Shown: in pieces, positions 35,646-46,366 of the stretch
How positions within the stretch are numbered: position 1 is the first letter of the stretch
Layout: each line of letters starts with the position of its first letter
Assembly: GCA_043228905.1 (NCBI GenBank)
Contig: JBHGNT010000010.1
Span: forward strand, 10,292,001-10,356,000
Source: Azolla caroliniana
Lineage: Eukaryota > Plantae > Polypodiophyta
Length of the DNA stretch: 64,000 bases
Direction: 5' to 3'
The notes under the pieces: generated by a model
The model's input: the letters and a program-made list of their open reading frames with translations, nothing else
Told to the model about the DNA's origin: nothing
Database searches by the model: none
Program-made: the position numbers and the translations under genes

Positions 35646-38600
35646 ACTGTACGATAGAACCGAAACCGAAGGAACCCTGTACGATAAGCAGGAAATTCTG
35701 CTTCTCCAACAACGGAGGGTGCATGATAGTCGGCATTGTCGGCCGAGAAACGACAAGGGCGGAAGTGCGACTTCGAGCGTGCGGAGTTCTCGGCCCGGAC
35801 GAGGAAATCAGCGGAGCCGTGGAGGCGGTCTCCTTCGACGACACCTTGGGAATGCTGGAGGAGGTAGCCGGAAAAGACCTTAATGAAGACCAGACGATTC
35901 CGGTATGTTCCGAAGAGATGTACAAAGTCATCGCAAACTTCAGTCGGGGGCTCGGGTCGGATCGGGCGACCCGGGTTAGCACGAAGTACAAGACTGTGGA
36001 CCGGAAGGTAAGGCCCGTCGCGGCACCCTTACCGGAGGGCAGCGAGTTCCGAATCAGAGGGGTTGCATCGGACCCCAGTTTACGAGATCCGGCCTGCATA
36101 GGACACACCTTCACCGACGGGACGCTCTGGGAGCTCAAGATCGGTGGGGGCGGGTTCCTACTGCCGACGGAGGAAAACCGGTTTCGGAGAATGCTCAGAA
36201 GGCACGGGAAAGCCTTCGCGTTTTCGCTGGAAGAGATCGGGTGCGTAGACCCGACGATTGTGGAGCCGATGGTGATATTCACGGTACCACATGTGCCGTG
36301 GAATCTCAAGCCGATTCCAGTACCGAGAGCCCACATCCCGAGGTTGATGGAGCTATTGAGGCAAAAAGTCGATATGGGCATTCTCGAACCGTCGAGTGCC
36401 CCATACTCGAACCGATGGTTTACCGTACCAAAGAAAAACGGAACATTGCGCTTCATTCAGGACCTGCAGCCGGTCAACAGAGTGACCATTCGGAACGCAG
36501 GAATCGGACCAACCATAGACGAGTTCACAAAGGCCTTCGCCGAAAGGTCGATTTACTCGGTCGGTGATCTGTACTCGGGGTACGACCAGTTCCAGCTAGC
36601 CGTGGAGAGCAGAGACATTACGACGATGCGAACCCCCCTCGGCCTAGTGCGAATGTGTACCCTGCCACAAGGAGGGACCAACTCGGTAGCCCACATGGTG
36701 AATGCGATGAACAAGGTACTGAGGGATTGCATCCCGAACATCACCATGCCGTTTCTAGACGACATCCCGATCAAGGGGTGCCCGGTGGAGGAGAAGGACG
36801 AGACAGTCGGGCCGGACGGATGCCGGCGATTCATGGCGACACACATCGACGACTGCGAGAAGGTGCTACAGAGGCCAGAGGATGTGAGGCTCACCTTCTC
36901 CGGGGAGAAATCGGCCTTCGGGCAATCGGAAATCTTGGTGGTCGGACACCTATGTGGACCTTATGGCCGGAAGCCGTCTCCGGCAAAGGTAGAAGCCATC
37001 TCCGCGATGAAGACCGATTGTAGCTCGGTTACGGAAGTTCGGAGGTTCCTGGGGGCATGCGCATTCTACCACATATGGATCCCGCATTACGCCCACGTTG
37101 CAGAGCCGCTATACGGGTTGCTGAAGAAAGGGCGAAAATTCGAGTGGCGAGACGATCACACGGAGTCGGTCCGGAAGCTGAAGGAAGCTCTTGCGGCAGC
37201 ACCGGCGCTCCGGAAGGCTGTCTACGGGAAGGGTACCCCGGTATACATAACAGTGGATACAAGTCCGACCGGGATCGGATGGGTCGTCAACCAAGAGGAC
37301 AAGAACGGCATTCGGTTCCCGATCCGATTCGGCGCGAAGGTTCTTAGTGAACGACAGCGAGGGTACGCCCAGGTTAAACGCGAACTCTGGGGTATCGTTT
37401 CGGCAGTAAAGGCCAACAAAGACTACTTGATCGGGACAGAAGTGGTTATCGAGACGGATTGCCTGCCGATTCTCGGCATGGTTTCCGGATGCGCGACACC
37501 GGACCTGGCGATGCTCCGGTGGATAGCGTATGTCAAGTCCCTAGACCCGGAAATACGGCACATTTCCGGAAAGGACAACGCCATGGCCGACATGCTTTCG
37601 AGGGCAAGGTTTGATGACGAGGGCGGCATGGTTTCGGAGGACGAAGAAGTCGGCGTGGACTTCTTCGAGGCAACGTACGTAACGACCGATGGGACGAGCA
37701 CGCCGACACTTAACGACTTCGACGAGAGCAAGTACGACGACGAGTGGCTCCAGATCGGTGGATTTTTGAGGACAATGACGCCGGTTGCGTCGTGGACCAA
37801 GGACGAGGCCAACCGGATCCGGAAGAAAGCTTACCAATTCTTTCTCCGGGACAGATACTTATGGAAGCACCCGAAGAAGAGGAACGGCGTCCCACTCTGG
37901 GTGGTGGCGATGAAGGAAGAACAGGAGGAGCTGCTGACAGGCTACCACGATAGCCCTTGGGCCGGACACCGTGGAACGTGGGCCACATTCGAGAAGATAA
38001 AGGGGAAGTACTGGTGGCCGGGACTGTACCGGGACGTGCATCGGTTCGTGACAACTTGCGAGAGCTGTCAGATGCACTCCATAGTCCGGCATTGGGACGA
38101 GCTTCACCCTACATACCCTCCGACCATCCACTCCAAATGGATGGTAGATCTGGTGAGGATGCCGATGGGCGTAGGACAGATGCGGTATCTGGTCCTGGCT
38201 CGGGAAGATCTGACGAACCATGTGGAAGGTCGGGCCCTTCAGAACAAAACGACCGCGGCCGTATGTCGGTTCCTGATCGAGGACGTGATATGCCAGTACG
38301 GGTGCGTCGGGAAGATCGTGGCTGATCGCGGGGAGTTGGACGCTGAAGAGGCCGAGGAGCTGTTCGACCGGCTAGGAGTCAAGCTCTCGCTTACCACTAC
38401 GTACAATCCGGAGGCGAATGGGAAGGTAGAGCGCGGACACGGACCGATCGTCAAGGCGTTAGTTCGGGCATGCGGAGGACAAGTCGGGAACTGGCCGCGG
38501 CTGTTGCCTTACGCGTTGTGGGCGGACCGAACTACGCACAAATCGGTAACCAGATTCATGCCAGCAGAGCTCATGTTTGGGCAGAAGCCGATCATGCCAA

Positions 38601-39082
38601 TGGAACGTACGATCTCCTCATGGGCAACCGTGGACTGGAGAGACGAGATGAGCCGGGAGGAACTGTTGACGGCGCGCATACGGCAGCTCGAGCGAAGACC
38701 GGAGGACGTAGAGCGAGCTACGGAAAAGCTTCGGGTGGCAAGGACGAGGAACAAAGTCCGGTTCGACCGGACGCACCGGCTCCGACCAAAGAAGATCGAG
38801 GAAGGCGACTGGGTGCTAGTCTACGATAGCAGCCTTGACAACCAACACCGAGCGACACGGAAGTTCGCAAGAAGGTGGTTCGGGCCTTACATGGTACAAA
38901 GCGCCAACGACAACGGGACGTACCATCTGGCGGAACTCGACGGTACGAGAATGGCGATACCGGTAGCAGGGAAGCGGATCAAAGCGTTCAAGAAGCGTCA
39001 CGACGACGAGCCGGATCCGGTTGGCCTGGACCGCGACGACGAACGATCCGAAACCGAGGAAGAACCGACGGGCGGGGAATGA
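35582..39082 (+). CDS. pol: Element I pol (RT, RNase H, integrase) in the -1 frame relative to gag
   Basis: Frame is open from 35582 into the listed ORF 35723-39082. PFLDDIPIKG, HHCC and DDE motifs. Confidence 0.92.
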   Translation, partial: FLERAAKAWGRDSPDTRERPHDCTIEPKPKEPCTISRKFCFSNNGGCMIVGIVGRETTRAEVRLRACGVLGPDEEISGAVEAVSFDDTLGMLEEVAGKDLNEDQTIPVCSEEMYKVIANFSRGLGSDRATRVSTKYKTVDRKVRPVAAPLPEGSEFRIRGVASDPSLRDPACIGHTFTDGTLWELKIGGGGFLLPTEENRFRRMLRRHGKAFAFSLEEIGCVDPTIVEPMVIFTVPHVPWNLKPIPVPRAHIPRLMELLRQKVDMGILEPSSAPYSNRWFTVPKKNGTLRFIQDLQPVNRVTIRNAGIGPTIDEFTKAFAERSIYSVGDLYSGYDQFQLAVESRDITTMRTPLGLVRMCTLPQGGTNSVAHMVNAMNKVLRDCIPNITMPFLDDIPIKGCPVEEKDETVGPDGCRRFMATHIDDCEKVLQRPEDVRLTFSGEKSAFGQSEILVVGHLCGPYGRKPSPAKVEAISAMKTDCSSVTEVRRFLGACAFYHIWIPHYAHVAEPLYGLLKKGRKFEWRDDHTESVRKLKEALAAAPALRKAVYGKGTPVYITVDTSPTGIGWVVNQEDKNGIRFPIRFGAKVLSERQRGYAQVKRELWGIVSAVKANKDYLIGTEVVIETDCLPILGMVSGCATPDLAMLRWIAYVKSLDPEIRHISGKDNAMADMLSRARFDDEGGMVSEDEEVGVDFFEATYVTTDGTSTPTLNDFDESKYDDEWLQIGGFLRTMTPVASWTKDEANRIRKKAYQFFLRDRYLWKHPKKRNGVPLWVVAMKEEQEELLTGYHDSPWAGHRGTWATFEKIKGKYWWPGLYRDVHRFVTTCESCQMHSIVRHWDELHPTYPPTIHSKWMVDLVRMPMGVGQMRYLVLAREDLTNHVEGRALQNKTTAAVCRFLIEDVICQYGCVGKIVADRGELDAEEAEELFDRLGVKLSLTTTYNPEANGKVERGHGPIVKALVRACGGQVGNWPRLLPYALWADRTTHKSVTRFMPAELMFGQKPIMPMERTISSWATVDWRDEMSREELLTARIRQLERRPEDVERATEKLRVARTRNKVRFDRTHRLRPKKIEEGDWVLVYDSSLDNQHRATRKFARRWFGPYMVQSANDNGTYHLAELDGTRMAIPVAGKRIKAFKKRHDDEPDPVGLDRDDERSETEEEPTGGE

Positions 39083-40044
39083 AGGCTGGACCGGTTTTCT
39101 CCATCCCAACTCAATTTGGCGCATGCCGGTGGATGCGTGGTTAGGTGGGGGCGGATGTCGTGAAGAAAACCGTCCACAAGCGGAATCGGTGCACAGGAGC
39201 GTAGGAACCGGCTCTTCTCGAATGTTGTCCATAGAAGATCCTAGGTGGGTAGATTTAGTGGGTAGGAAGTAAAGGGGAAACGGCTCCTTCCTTGCCTATA
39301 AAAGGGAGGGAGACGAGAAGGGGGAGGGGATCGCGGAGAGTCGAGGAGGAAGTGTTGTCGGTTTGCGTGCGAAGGCCTCTCTCTCTCTCTTTGGTTCGCA
39401 AACTCCATAGCTTCCTTCTGTGCAGGTTTCGGGAGGCTCGCGCTGCTCTGAGGAATGCCCGAGCGCTTCCGGCAGCACCTCCAACCTGCTCCTGTCTTTC
39501 TTTGTGTTTACGAACAAGCATCAGCATCTGTTCGTCGGCCTGTTCGGTTGTAACCGACTTTGTGTTTTGTTGCTTCCGTGTTCTTGTTGTTGTCCTTGTT
39601 AATACATACATACATTCGTGTCTCTCTGTGTCGTTGTCCCACTCGCGTCTTTGTGTCGAAGGGCCGTGTCCCTGTGAATCTACGTTCGCACGTAGTGGGT
39701 CTCTTGTTCTTTCTCTCTTGCTCTTCGGTACAAGACCCCTGAGGTCCCGCCTCATTCCACGCATCCACGAGGAAAACCTTGACAACGTAAGTGTAATCTT
39801 TGATAGGGATTCGGTTGTAGCCGTCTTCCCTTATACGCGGAGAGGTTATAGGGGTTCTCCCCTTACGCATTACGCTTAAACCCCTGTTCGTTGTTCCACA
39901 CCCACCTTGAGTTCTAGGTCGAAGGACTGACCATGGACCGTGTTCCTAAACGGCAACAAGGACCGCACATGGTCACTCACACCTGTCGATATTTGTGTTC
40001 TAGTCCTAGGCAAGGATCACACATGGTCGCTCAAGCCCGTTGGT

Positions 40045-40145
40045 GTTGAATACCTCGTCTTGTGGAAGGGTTACTCCTTGTCTAGGATTTACAAAATACT
40101 TTGGAGGTGATCTAAGATTTTCATCAACAATATCCCCTTAAGCCG
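40045..40145 (+). pseudogene. Chromodomain remnant of element H
   Basis: Translates VEYLVLWKGYSL ... DFHQQYPLKP just upstream of the PPT. Confidence 0.75.
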
Positions 40146-40183
40146 ACAAACTATTTGGGAAGGCATCGTTGGAGGGGGGATAA

Positions 40184-40627
40184 TGTCAAGATTCGAACTA
40201 TTGACATGACCATGTTATAATGGAGTGTTATTTGTTAACCACACATCTAGCATATAATCATGTATATACTTCCTCATTGTAGGTTTTAGCTAGCATCATG
40301 TGCATAATTCCTCCCTTGTATTATTTACACTTGTCACATGTATGCGTACCTACTGCCTACATGCTCTATTGTATCATATGCGTGCAACAGGTATGCATGC
40401 CACTTAGTATAAATAGTTGAGTTCACCTTGAATGAATTCAAGGTGAACAACGCCAGTCATGGACATATCAATCTAGTATTCCCATTTCGCCCATCCTCTC
40501 TCCTTGATCTTCATCTCTATCTTTATGCTCTTGTGTCATTCCTTGTCTTAAGTTCCTCGCCTTGTCGCTCTGTCATAGCCTCATCATCCGTGCTCCGTCT
40601 TAGTCCGCGCTTGGTGTGTCCGTGACA
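40184..40627 (+). repeat. 3' LTR of element H
   Basis: Follows PPT, TGTCA...TGACA ends. Confidence 0.95.
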
Positions 40628-40632
40628 GAGTG

Positions 40633-42442
40633 TTACACGTTCGGAGGCTGATCACGTTCACGCAAGATCCTCCATCGATAATCGTGCCCGGTAGCTCCTT
40701 TCCCTTCACGATGGCTATGATTTCCGGACTGCTTGTGTCCACCACTACCGATCCTTCCTCCGGATTTTAAAAGAATGCCAGAGCCGGTGGTGTGTCAGCT
40801 GCCGTCCTTTCGGTCTTCAGTCCTTCCGTGAAGCGTGGTACCAGTTGCAATAGCCAGCCTAATAGCAACGTTATTTGGCATTCTTGTAACGCCTACCAGG
40901 TTGGGTTTTCGGGCTGCCATGGGCTGGTGAGCTCTCTGGCATTCTCTTTTTGTCGTTCGAGCTCTCCCGCATTCCGCTCATTTGCCTTCTTCACCCATTT
41001 GGTTGCTTGCTTCCGGATGGCTTCTTGAGTTTCCCACTCCGTGGCTTTGCCTTTTGATCTTGTAGTGACTTGTTGTATGTCCGCGACTTCCACGTCTACC
41101 ATGTTCACCGATGGTCGCTTGTCATAGCTCTTCGCCGGACATTGATTACTATAGTGGCCTTCTTGCTGGCAATAATAGCAGTACAACTTCCGTGCGTTGC
41201 TGGATTCGGCGTGTGTGCTTGGTGGAGGACCGGGGGTAAGTGCTTGGATTTGGTCTTGTTGGCTGCTCGGAGCGCCCTTTTCCCGTTCTCGGGGATGACC
41301 CCCCTTTATGTTGAAATGGCGTTTCTTACTGAAATTCTTTTTGTTGCAGCAACCTTGACGGTGTTGGTCGTCATACTTGCCATAGTTGTCCCTTCGGCGG
41401 TTGTAACTAGGGGAGTGATCCCGGTTGTATCTCTCGTACCGTCCATTATAGTCCCGGTATCTATCCTATCTGTCATACCGGTGATAAGCGTCTCTTCGAT
41501 CGCTGTACAGGACATCTTGTGCCGGTCGGTAGCACTCCTCTCGCTGCCAGCGTTCTTCTTCTTCCTCCTGGTTGCTCCGTGGTTCAATTTGCCGGACCGG
41601 TGGTGCTTGCCGATTTAACAAGTTATACTCACACCGTTCCATTGTGTGACTTCTAGAGTGGCAGAGCAAACATTGGGAACGCATGGTGCGTTCCAGCGCC
41701 GAATGTCCGGCATTCAGGCATGTCATACACTGAACTGCTTGCTGGAAACGGAGGTCTGCTGAAACGCATGGACGTGGGCTTCCGCGTCCGGATCATCCCG
41801 GTATCTGGGATATTGGAACGGCATATCATCTTCTGGTGATGGTACATAGGTTGGTGGTGTTGGTGGTCGTTCCTCCTCTTTTGGTGTCAGAGGTTTGTCC
41901 CGGTCTTCTATCGCCGTCGGAGATCTTTCCTGCTCCTTCTTTGGTGTTAGAGGCTTCTCCTTCTGCCTGGACTTCCGGTGTCGGAGGTCTTTCGTCCTCG
42001 ACTTCTGGTTCCAGAGTGTGGTCAACTTCTGGTATCAGAGTTTCTAGCCTTGTCAATTCTGGTTCCGGTGTCGGCAAGGTATCACACTCCTCGTCCTCTG
42101 GTCCTCCTAGGGTGTCGTTACTACTGTAGTAGTTCGTATGCGCATTGTATTCCCCGTCCAAACCTGATTTAAATGCCGAAAATGCTTCAGATTCGCCTTC
42201 CCCGCTACCAATGCCTGTAGAAGGGATTCCGCTTCCTGGAGGCTACTTATGCTGCTTCCTTCGTCCGGGTAGGCGTTTTGTGGTAACCGAAGTGACTCCT
42301 TGGCCACTCTCCGGATCACCTTGGAAAATGAGTGATTTGCTCTGATTTCTTCTGCCGCTTGCTAGAAAGCCTCTCGTTTCCTCAGTCGTTCAGCAAGTCT
42401 CCTTGCTTGCTCCGTAACCGGGTCGTTTATTGATCGCGTCAT
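40633..42442 (-). pseudogene. gag: Element F gag and protease N-terminus, with internal deletion near 41755
   Basis: MPFQYPRYRDDPDAEAHVHAFQQT joins directly to the LRFQQAVQC knuckle region. CYYCQQEGHYSNQC present. Confidence 0.88.
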
Positions 42443-42497
42443 CCATTCCCGCCGATGTTCGTTGCGATTGTGCAGGAATCGTGGTCGCCAAAAACTG

Positions 42498-42937
42498 TGT
42501 TATTCCTTAAGGCCGGACAATGGCCTAACACAGGGTGTCTCCGGAAGACGCTTCACCAAAGGGGTGTTACGGCGAGATAACTTAAGACACAACGATTAAT
42601 TCGACTTAATTGGCTACTTAGCAATAAGGTATACACTTAATACACGCGTAAGATATAACAATTAATATAGAACGGTAATCAATACATGAAGATAAAACAA
42701 GAAGCTTATATTACTTCTCGGTTAAAGTTATGCATTGTAACCGGACCTTTATAAAGGTCACCGGTGCTACTTACAAAAACGGTGCCAACCGGCACCTGTT
42801 CCGGATCTGGATCGGCATACCGATTCCAGTCCGTCCGTTCACTACATAATTATAATCTACTTTACTTAATTAAAATATATTCCGAATAACCATCCCTTTC
42901 ACATTCTGGTCTCTACCCCTTTGCCGGCCGGGTAACA
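42498..42937 (-). repeat. 5' LTR of element F
   Basis: TGTTA...TAACA ends, homologous to C LTRs, PBS adjacent. Confidence 0.92.
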
Positions 42938-43729
42938 AGGTGAATATGATATAAATATTAGTTACGTAAAATACTTTTTTAATATGTTAAATACTTATAA
43001 AATACGTATTTTACATATAGTACACATAGCACGTTAAATACTTCTAGAATTAGAAAATTATTTACCTCTCTAAAAAATATTTGTAATATTGTAAAAAGCA
43101 TCTATATTTACACAATTTTGTGATGTACATTATAGTTTTACATCCTAAAATGCATACAAGACATTTGAACATTTCACATCCTAAAATACTTCATTTCACA
43201 TCCTAAAATACTTATAATATGGATGCAGACATTCATTTATTCTATAAATTAGTGTAAGTGTGTATCACAATGTTCTACTTCAAATTATAATTATTTATGA
43301 TTATGCCTTCATAGATTCAGGAATTGTCTATGATTATCACACTCAAGATAGGTTTCTCTCTTCTTCTTCTTCTTCTTCTTCTATCTTCTGTGATTATCAC
43401 ACTCAGAGTCAGGACAAGTTTTTGTCTTCTTTTCTCTTTTTTTCTTACTCTTCTGCTTCGTCGTCGTCATCTCTTCTATTCTTCTTTCTTCCTTCTTTTT
43501 GCTTCTTTTTCACTATTTTTTTCTTTCTTTTGCTTTTTGTTGGGCTTTTACTTACATTTTTCAAATATAAATACGTATTATACTTGTTTTTTCAAATGTA
43601 CGTTAAATATCGTATTGGACAAATGTACATGATATTTAATTGAACAACATTGAGGTATAGTATGTACTATACAAATTATGAGGTACTATACGTATTTAAA
43701 CGTTGAACATGGGTACGTAAACAACCATG

Positions 43730-44782
43730 GTGCTTAGTGAGCACTTTTATACAAGTCCTTAAAAGTACTGACAAGTACTTCAATGCTCATATGAGCGACA
43801 GACACTGAATCCTATAAATATGCCTACGTACTAGGCTTGATTCGTAGGCCTATAACGGCCTACCAATTCCAATATGATCCGGTTCCTGGTTCCGGATACC
43901 ATCTGGACACCGATCCGGTTCTTCGTTCCAAACTCCGATCCGACTCTGGCTTGTTCAACCGATCCGGATCTTGTTGAGCTTGTCCGCTCCACACTCCCTC
44001 TCAAGCTCAACTTGAAGTCAGATCGTAGTGTCTGTGTCTGTGGTTGCCGGTCCTCTCCTTCGGCTCCGCCTGGCTCGCGCTCCTCATCCAGTCCGGTTCT
44101 ACTTTCCTCAACCCGTCCGGTTCCGCGCTCCTCGACCTTCTCGGTCGACTTGACTGTTCAAAAGGCCCTTCTCAACTCCTTCGTTGTTGCGATTCCGACG
44201 CGTCTCAACCCGTCGATTCCTCTGTGTCGGTGTCGACCTCCGCTGCCTCCTTGTCCGTTTAGCCTTCAGTTGATCTGGCTCCTCCGAATCAAACATGCTT
44301 CCGAATCGGGTAACTCCGATTCGTTCTAGCTCTTGTCTGAATTGGCTGTGTCCAATTGTTCCTCAATCTTTAGACCCTTCACGACATCAGACCATGTTCG
44401 TGTCTTGGTCTTCCTGGCTTTGCTTCCCCCTTTTCGGTTGGCTTCAGCTTGCGCTCTCCGTTCTGGTGGCTCCCCCTACGTCCTGTCTCGGCTTCTTCAG
44501 TCGTCCCGTGCACTCCGACTTCTTCAGTCGGGCCGAAATCAAAATTGGTTTCCGACTCGGCTTTTCAGTCGTCTTCCTCATTCATCCTTTCATTCCTCCC
44601 CCTCAAGTTCAGCATATCGAGGTACTGTACATCTAGTGTACCAAAAAATTACCGCAACTTGTCTAAGTCGAGGGGTTTGATGAAGATATCAACCACATGC
44701 CGATCCACCTATTCCACTTCATTGAAACATACACCAGTTCCACTTCATCAAAGATAACGTGTTCCCGGACAAAATTGCACCT
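43730..44782 (-). mobile_element. Copia remnant G (relative of B): RNase H end, 3' region, PPT, partial 3' LTR
   Basis: FVREHV/DIFIKPLD-like codons 44640-44782, PPT 43994-44002, LTR start TGTGG at 43993 with similarity to the B LTR up to the TATA box. Confidence 0.8.
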
Positions 44783-45117
44783 TGTTGTTGGGGTGGGGGG
44801 TGAAGCCTAGAATGGCTTCACCCCCCTCCCGAGGGGAGTTATGTTAGAGAGAAAGAAGGAGAGAGTGAAACAAGGATGACACCAAAATGATGGGGAAAAA
44901 AGCTCTATCTATTATGTGCCCCATAAGGGGTTTTTATAGTATATAATGTAACGGTTAATAATATGACCGTTACAAAAAGAGGACCGTAACATTCTTGTCA
45001 CATGCACATAATTGTGCATGTGCTTACACATACTCATCCTCACACACTCATATACATTAAACACCTTAGACCATACACATTACACCTTGACCCTCCCGTA
45101 TACCTATACCGATAACA
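44783..45117 (-). repeat. 3' LTR of element K
   Basis: TGTTG...TAACA ends, interrupts copia G RNase H, homologous to 63848-63942 and to solo LTR 25357-25885. Confidence 0.85.
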
Positions 45118-45119
45118 CC

Positions 45120-45160
45120 TGGCACGCTTGTGGAACAGTGCATTGCACATTGAACCCACA
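45120..45160 (-). promoter_or_regulatory. Degenerate tRNA-Arg 3'-end-like motif at the PPT position of element K
   Basis: Element sense: TGTGGGTTCAA TGTGCAATGCACTG TTCCACAAGCGTGCCA GG|LTR. Confidence 0.78.
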
Positions 45161-45942
45161 AGCCCATGCTGAATTTTTTTTGTTGATCGGAATTTCATCG
45201 GTCTTCTCTTCTCTCACAGTCGGAAATCCCTTAACCGAATTACTGCTCTACGATCGATAACTTCGATCGGAGCTGACTTGACTCGAACATTCTTGTTCGA
45301 TCAAAATTTCGCACGATTGGATCGCACACCAATCGTCTTATCCACAGTGGTACCGTCATTTAGGTTTATCAATAATTGTGGGTGTATGTGGATGTGTATA
45401 TATATAGATATAGATATGTTTTTCTTCCTTAGTATGAGTAGTGACGAGTTGCGTTTCCGAAATTTTATGTCCTACCCCTCGGGTTTTTTTTTTCTAAAAT
45501 TATATTAAGTCCCCACTGGTTTTAGAAATCTCGTGTCCTGCCCTTTTGTTTCCGAAAATTGTTTGCATGCCCTCGAGTTTCTAAAATTCCGTAATTCCGT
45601 ACTATGCCCTTGTGCTTTTGAAATTTTGTCTTCTACCCTCGAGCTTTTGAAATTTGAGTGCGTGCCCCCGAGTTATTGTAATTTTCCTCTCTGCTCCTTT
45701 CTCTTTCTCTCTTTCTCTCTTTCTTTCTTGTTATTTCTTTGTTCCCTCTTTGTCTTCTTCGACTGGTATTCTAGTGATAGCAATATGGCTTTGGCAGCAA
45801 TGACGATTGTGGCGGTAGCGATTGTTTGCCATGAAATAGGGATCAACAACGGCTCGGCTCAAGCCTAAACCGTTTGGCTTAGCGGCTCGGCTCGGCTTGA
45901 GCCTCGCCAAACCGGCTCAAGCCGGCTAAGCCATTTAGAAAT

Positions 45943-46314
45943 TGTTGGCCGGTCAGAGAAGGCAAATGGGAAAGCAAGGTCGGATCGGATAAATATAGAA
46001 ATAGGAATAGAATTATTAGGAGGGACGGATCCGGTAGTTGTAACCGATCCGGATCCGAACCGATTCGGTTTCGGTTAACGGTTGCCTACCGAGCACCGAT
46101 TGTAATCTGGCCGGATGCCTATAAAAAGGATCCGATGTTTTGTAATGAAAGCACGAAGAATTAATATAGTTTTGCTTATGCTGATTCATCTTGTCTTCGT
46201 CTGTGCTTAAGTGTAATTATCATACGCGTGTATTAACATCCTATCCCTACCACCCCTTTGGAGAAGTGTCGGATAGACACCTGTGTTGCGGCTAGTCCAG
46301 CCATACATACAACA
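45943..46314 (+). repeat. 5' LTR of element E
   Basis: Identical by eye to 55638-56009. CTATAAAA near 46119. Confidence 0.98.
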
Positions 46315-46366
46315 CTATTTTGGCGACCACGATTCCTGCAGAGTGCAGAGGACAACCGGGGGATGG

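Larger units (their letters stand above)
32800..39784 (+). mobile_element. Complete Ty3/gypsy element I (family of A), inserted in the 3' LTR of D
   Basis: 629-bp LTRs at 32800-33428 and 39156-39784, 4-bp TSD ACGT at 32796-32799 and 39785-39788, PBS 33432-33449, PPT-like AGGTGGGGGCGGA at 39143-39155. Confidence 0.96.
24464..39958 (+). mobile_element. Gypsy element D (divergent relative of C/E/F), degenerate, with ORF2
   Basis: 5' LTR 24464-24893, 3' LTR 32531-32799 plus 39789-39958 (split by I), TSD AGGAC at 24459-24463 and 39959-39963, PBS TGGCACGCCCGGTG at 24898-24911. Confidence 0.95.
23227..40627 (+). mobile_element. Non-autonomous chromovirus-like (Tcn1/Tf1-type) LTR element H, about 1.9 kb without nested inserts
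   Basis: 444-bp LTRs at 23227-23670 and 40184-40627, TSD GAGTG at 23222-23226 and 40628-40632, PPT GGAGGGGGGA at 40171-40180, chromodomain remnant, no gag or pol. Confidence 0.92.
18666..42937 (-). mobile_element. Old degenerate gypsy element F (relative of C); host of B and H; 3' end outside the window
   Basis: 5' LTR 42498-42937 similar to C LTR, PBS 42479-42490, gag-PR 40633-42442, PR-RT-RH-IN about 19730-23226, ORF2 start 18666-19336. Confidence 0.92.

Noticed and set aside
42938-43730. AT-rich segment with hydrophobic ORFs (43260-43643)
   Set aside because: Low-complexity T/CTT-rich sequence with short local duplications. No supportable gene or transposon termini.
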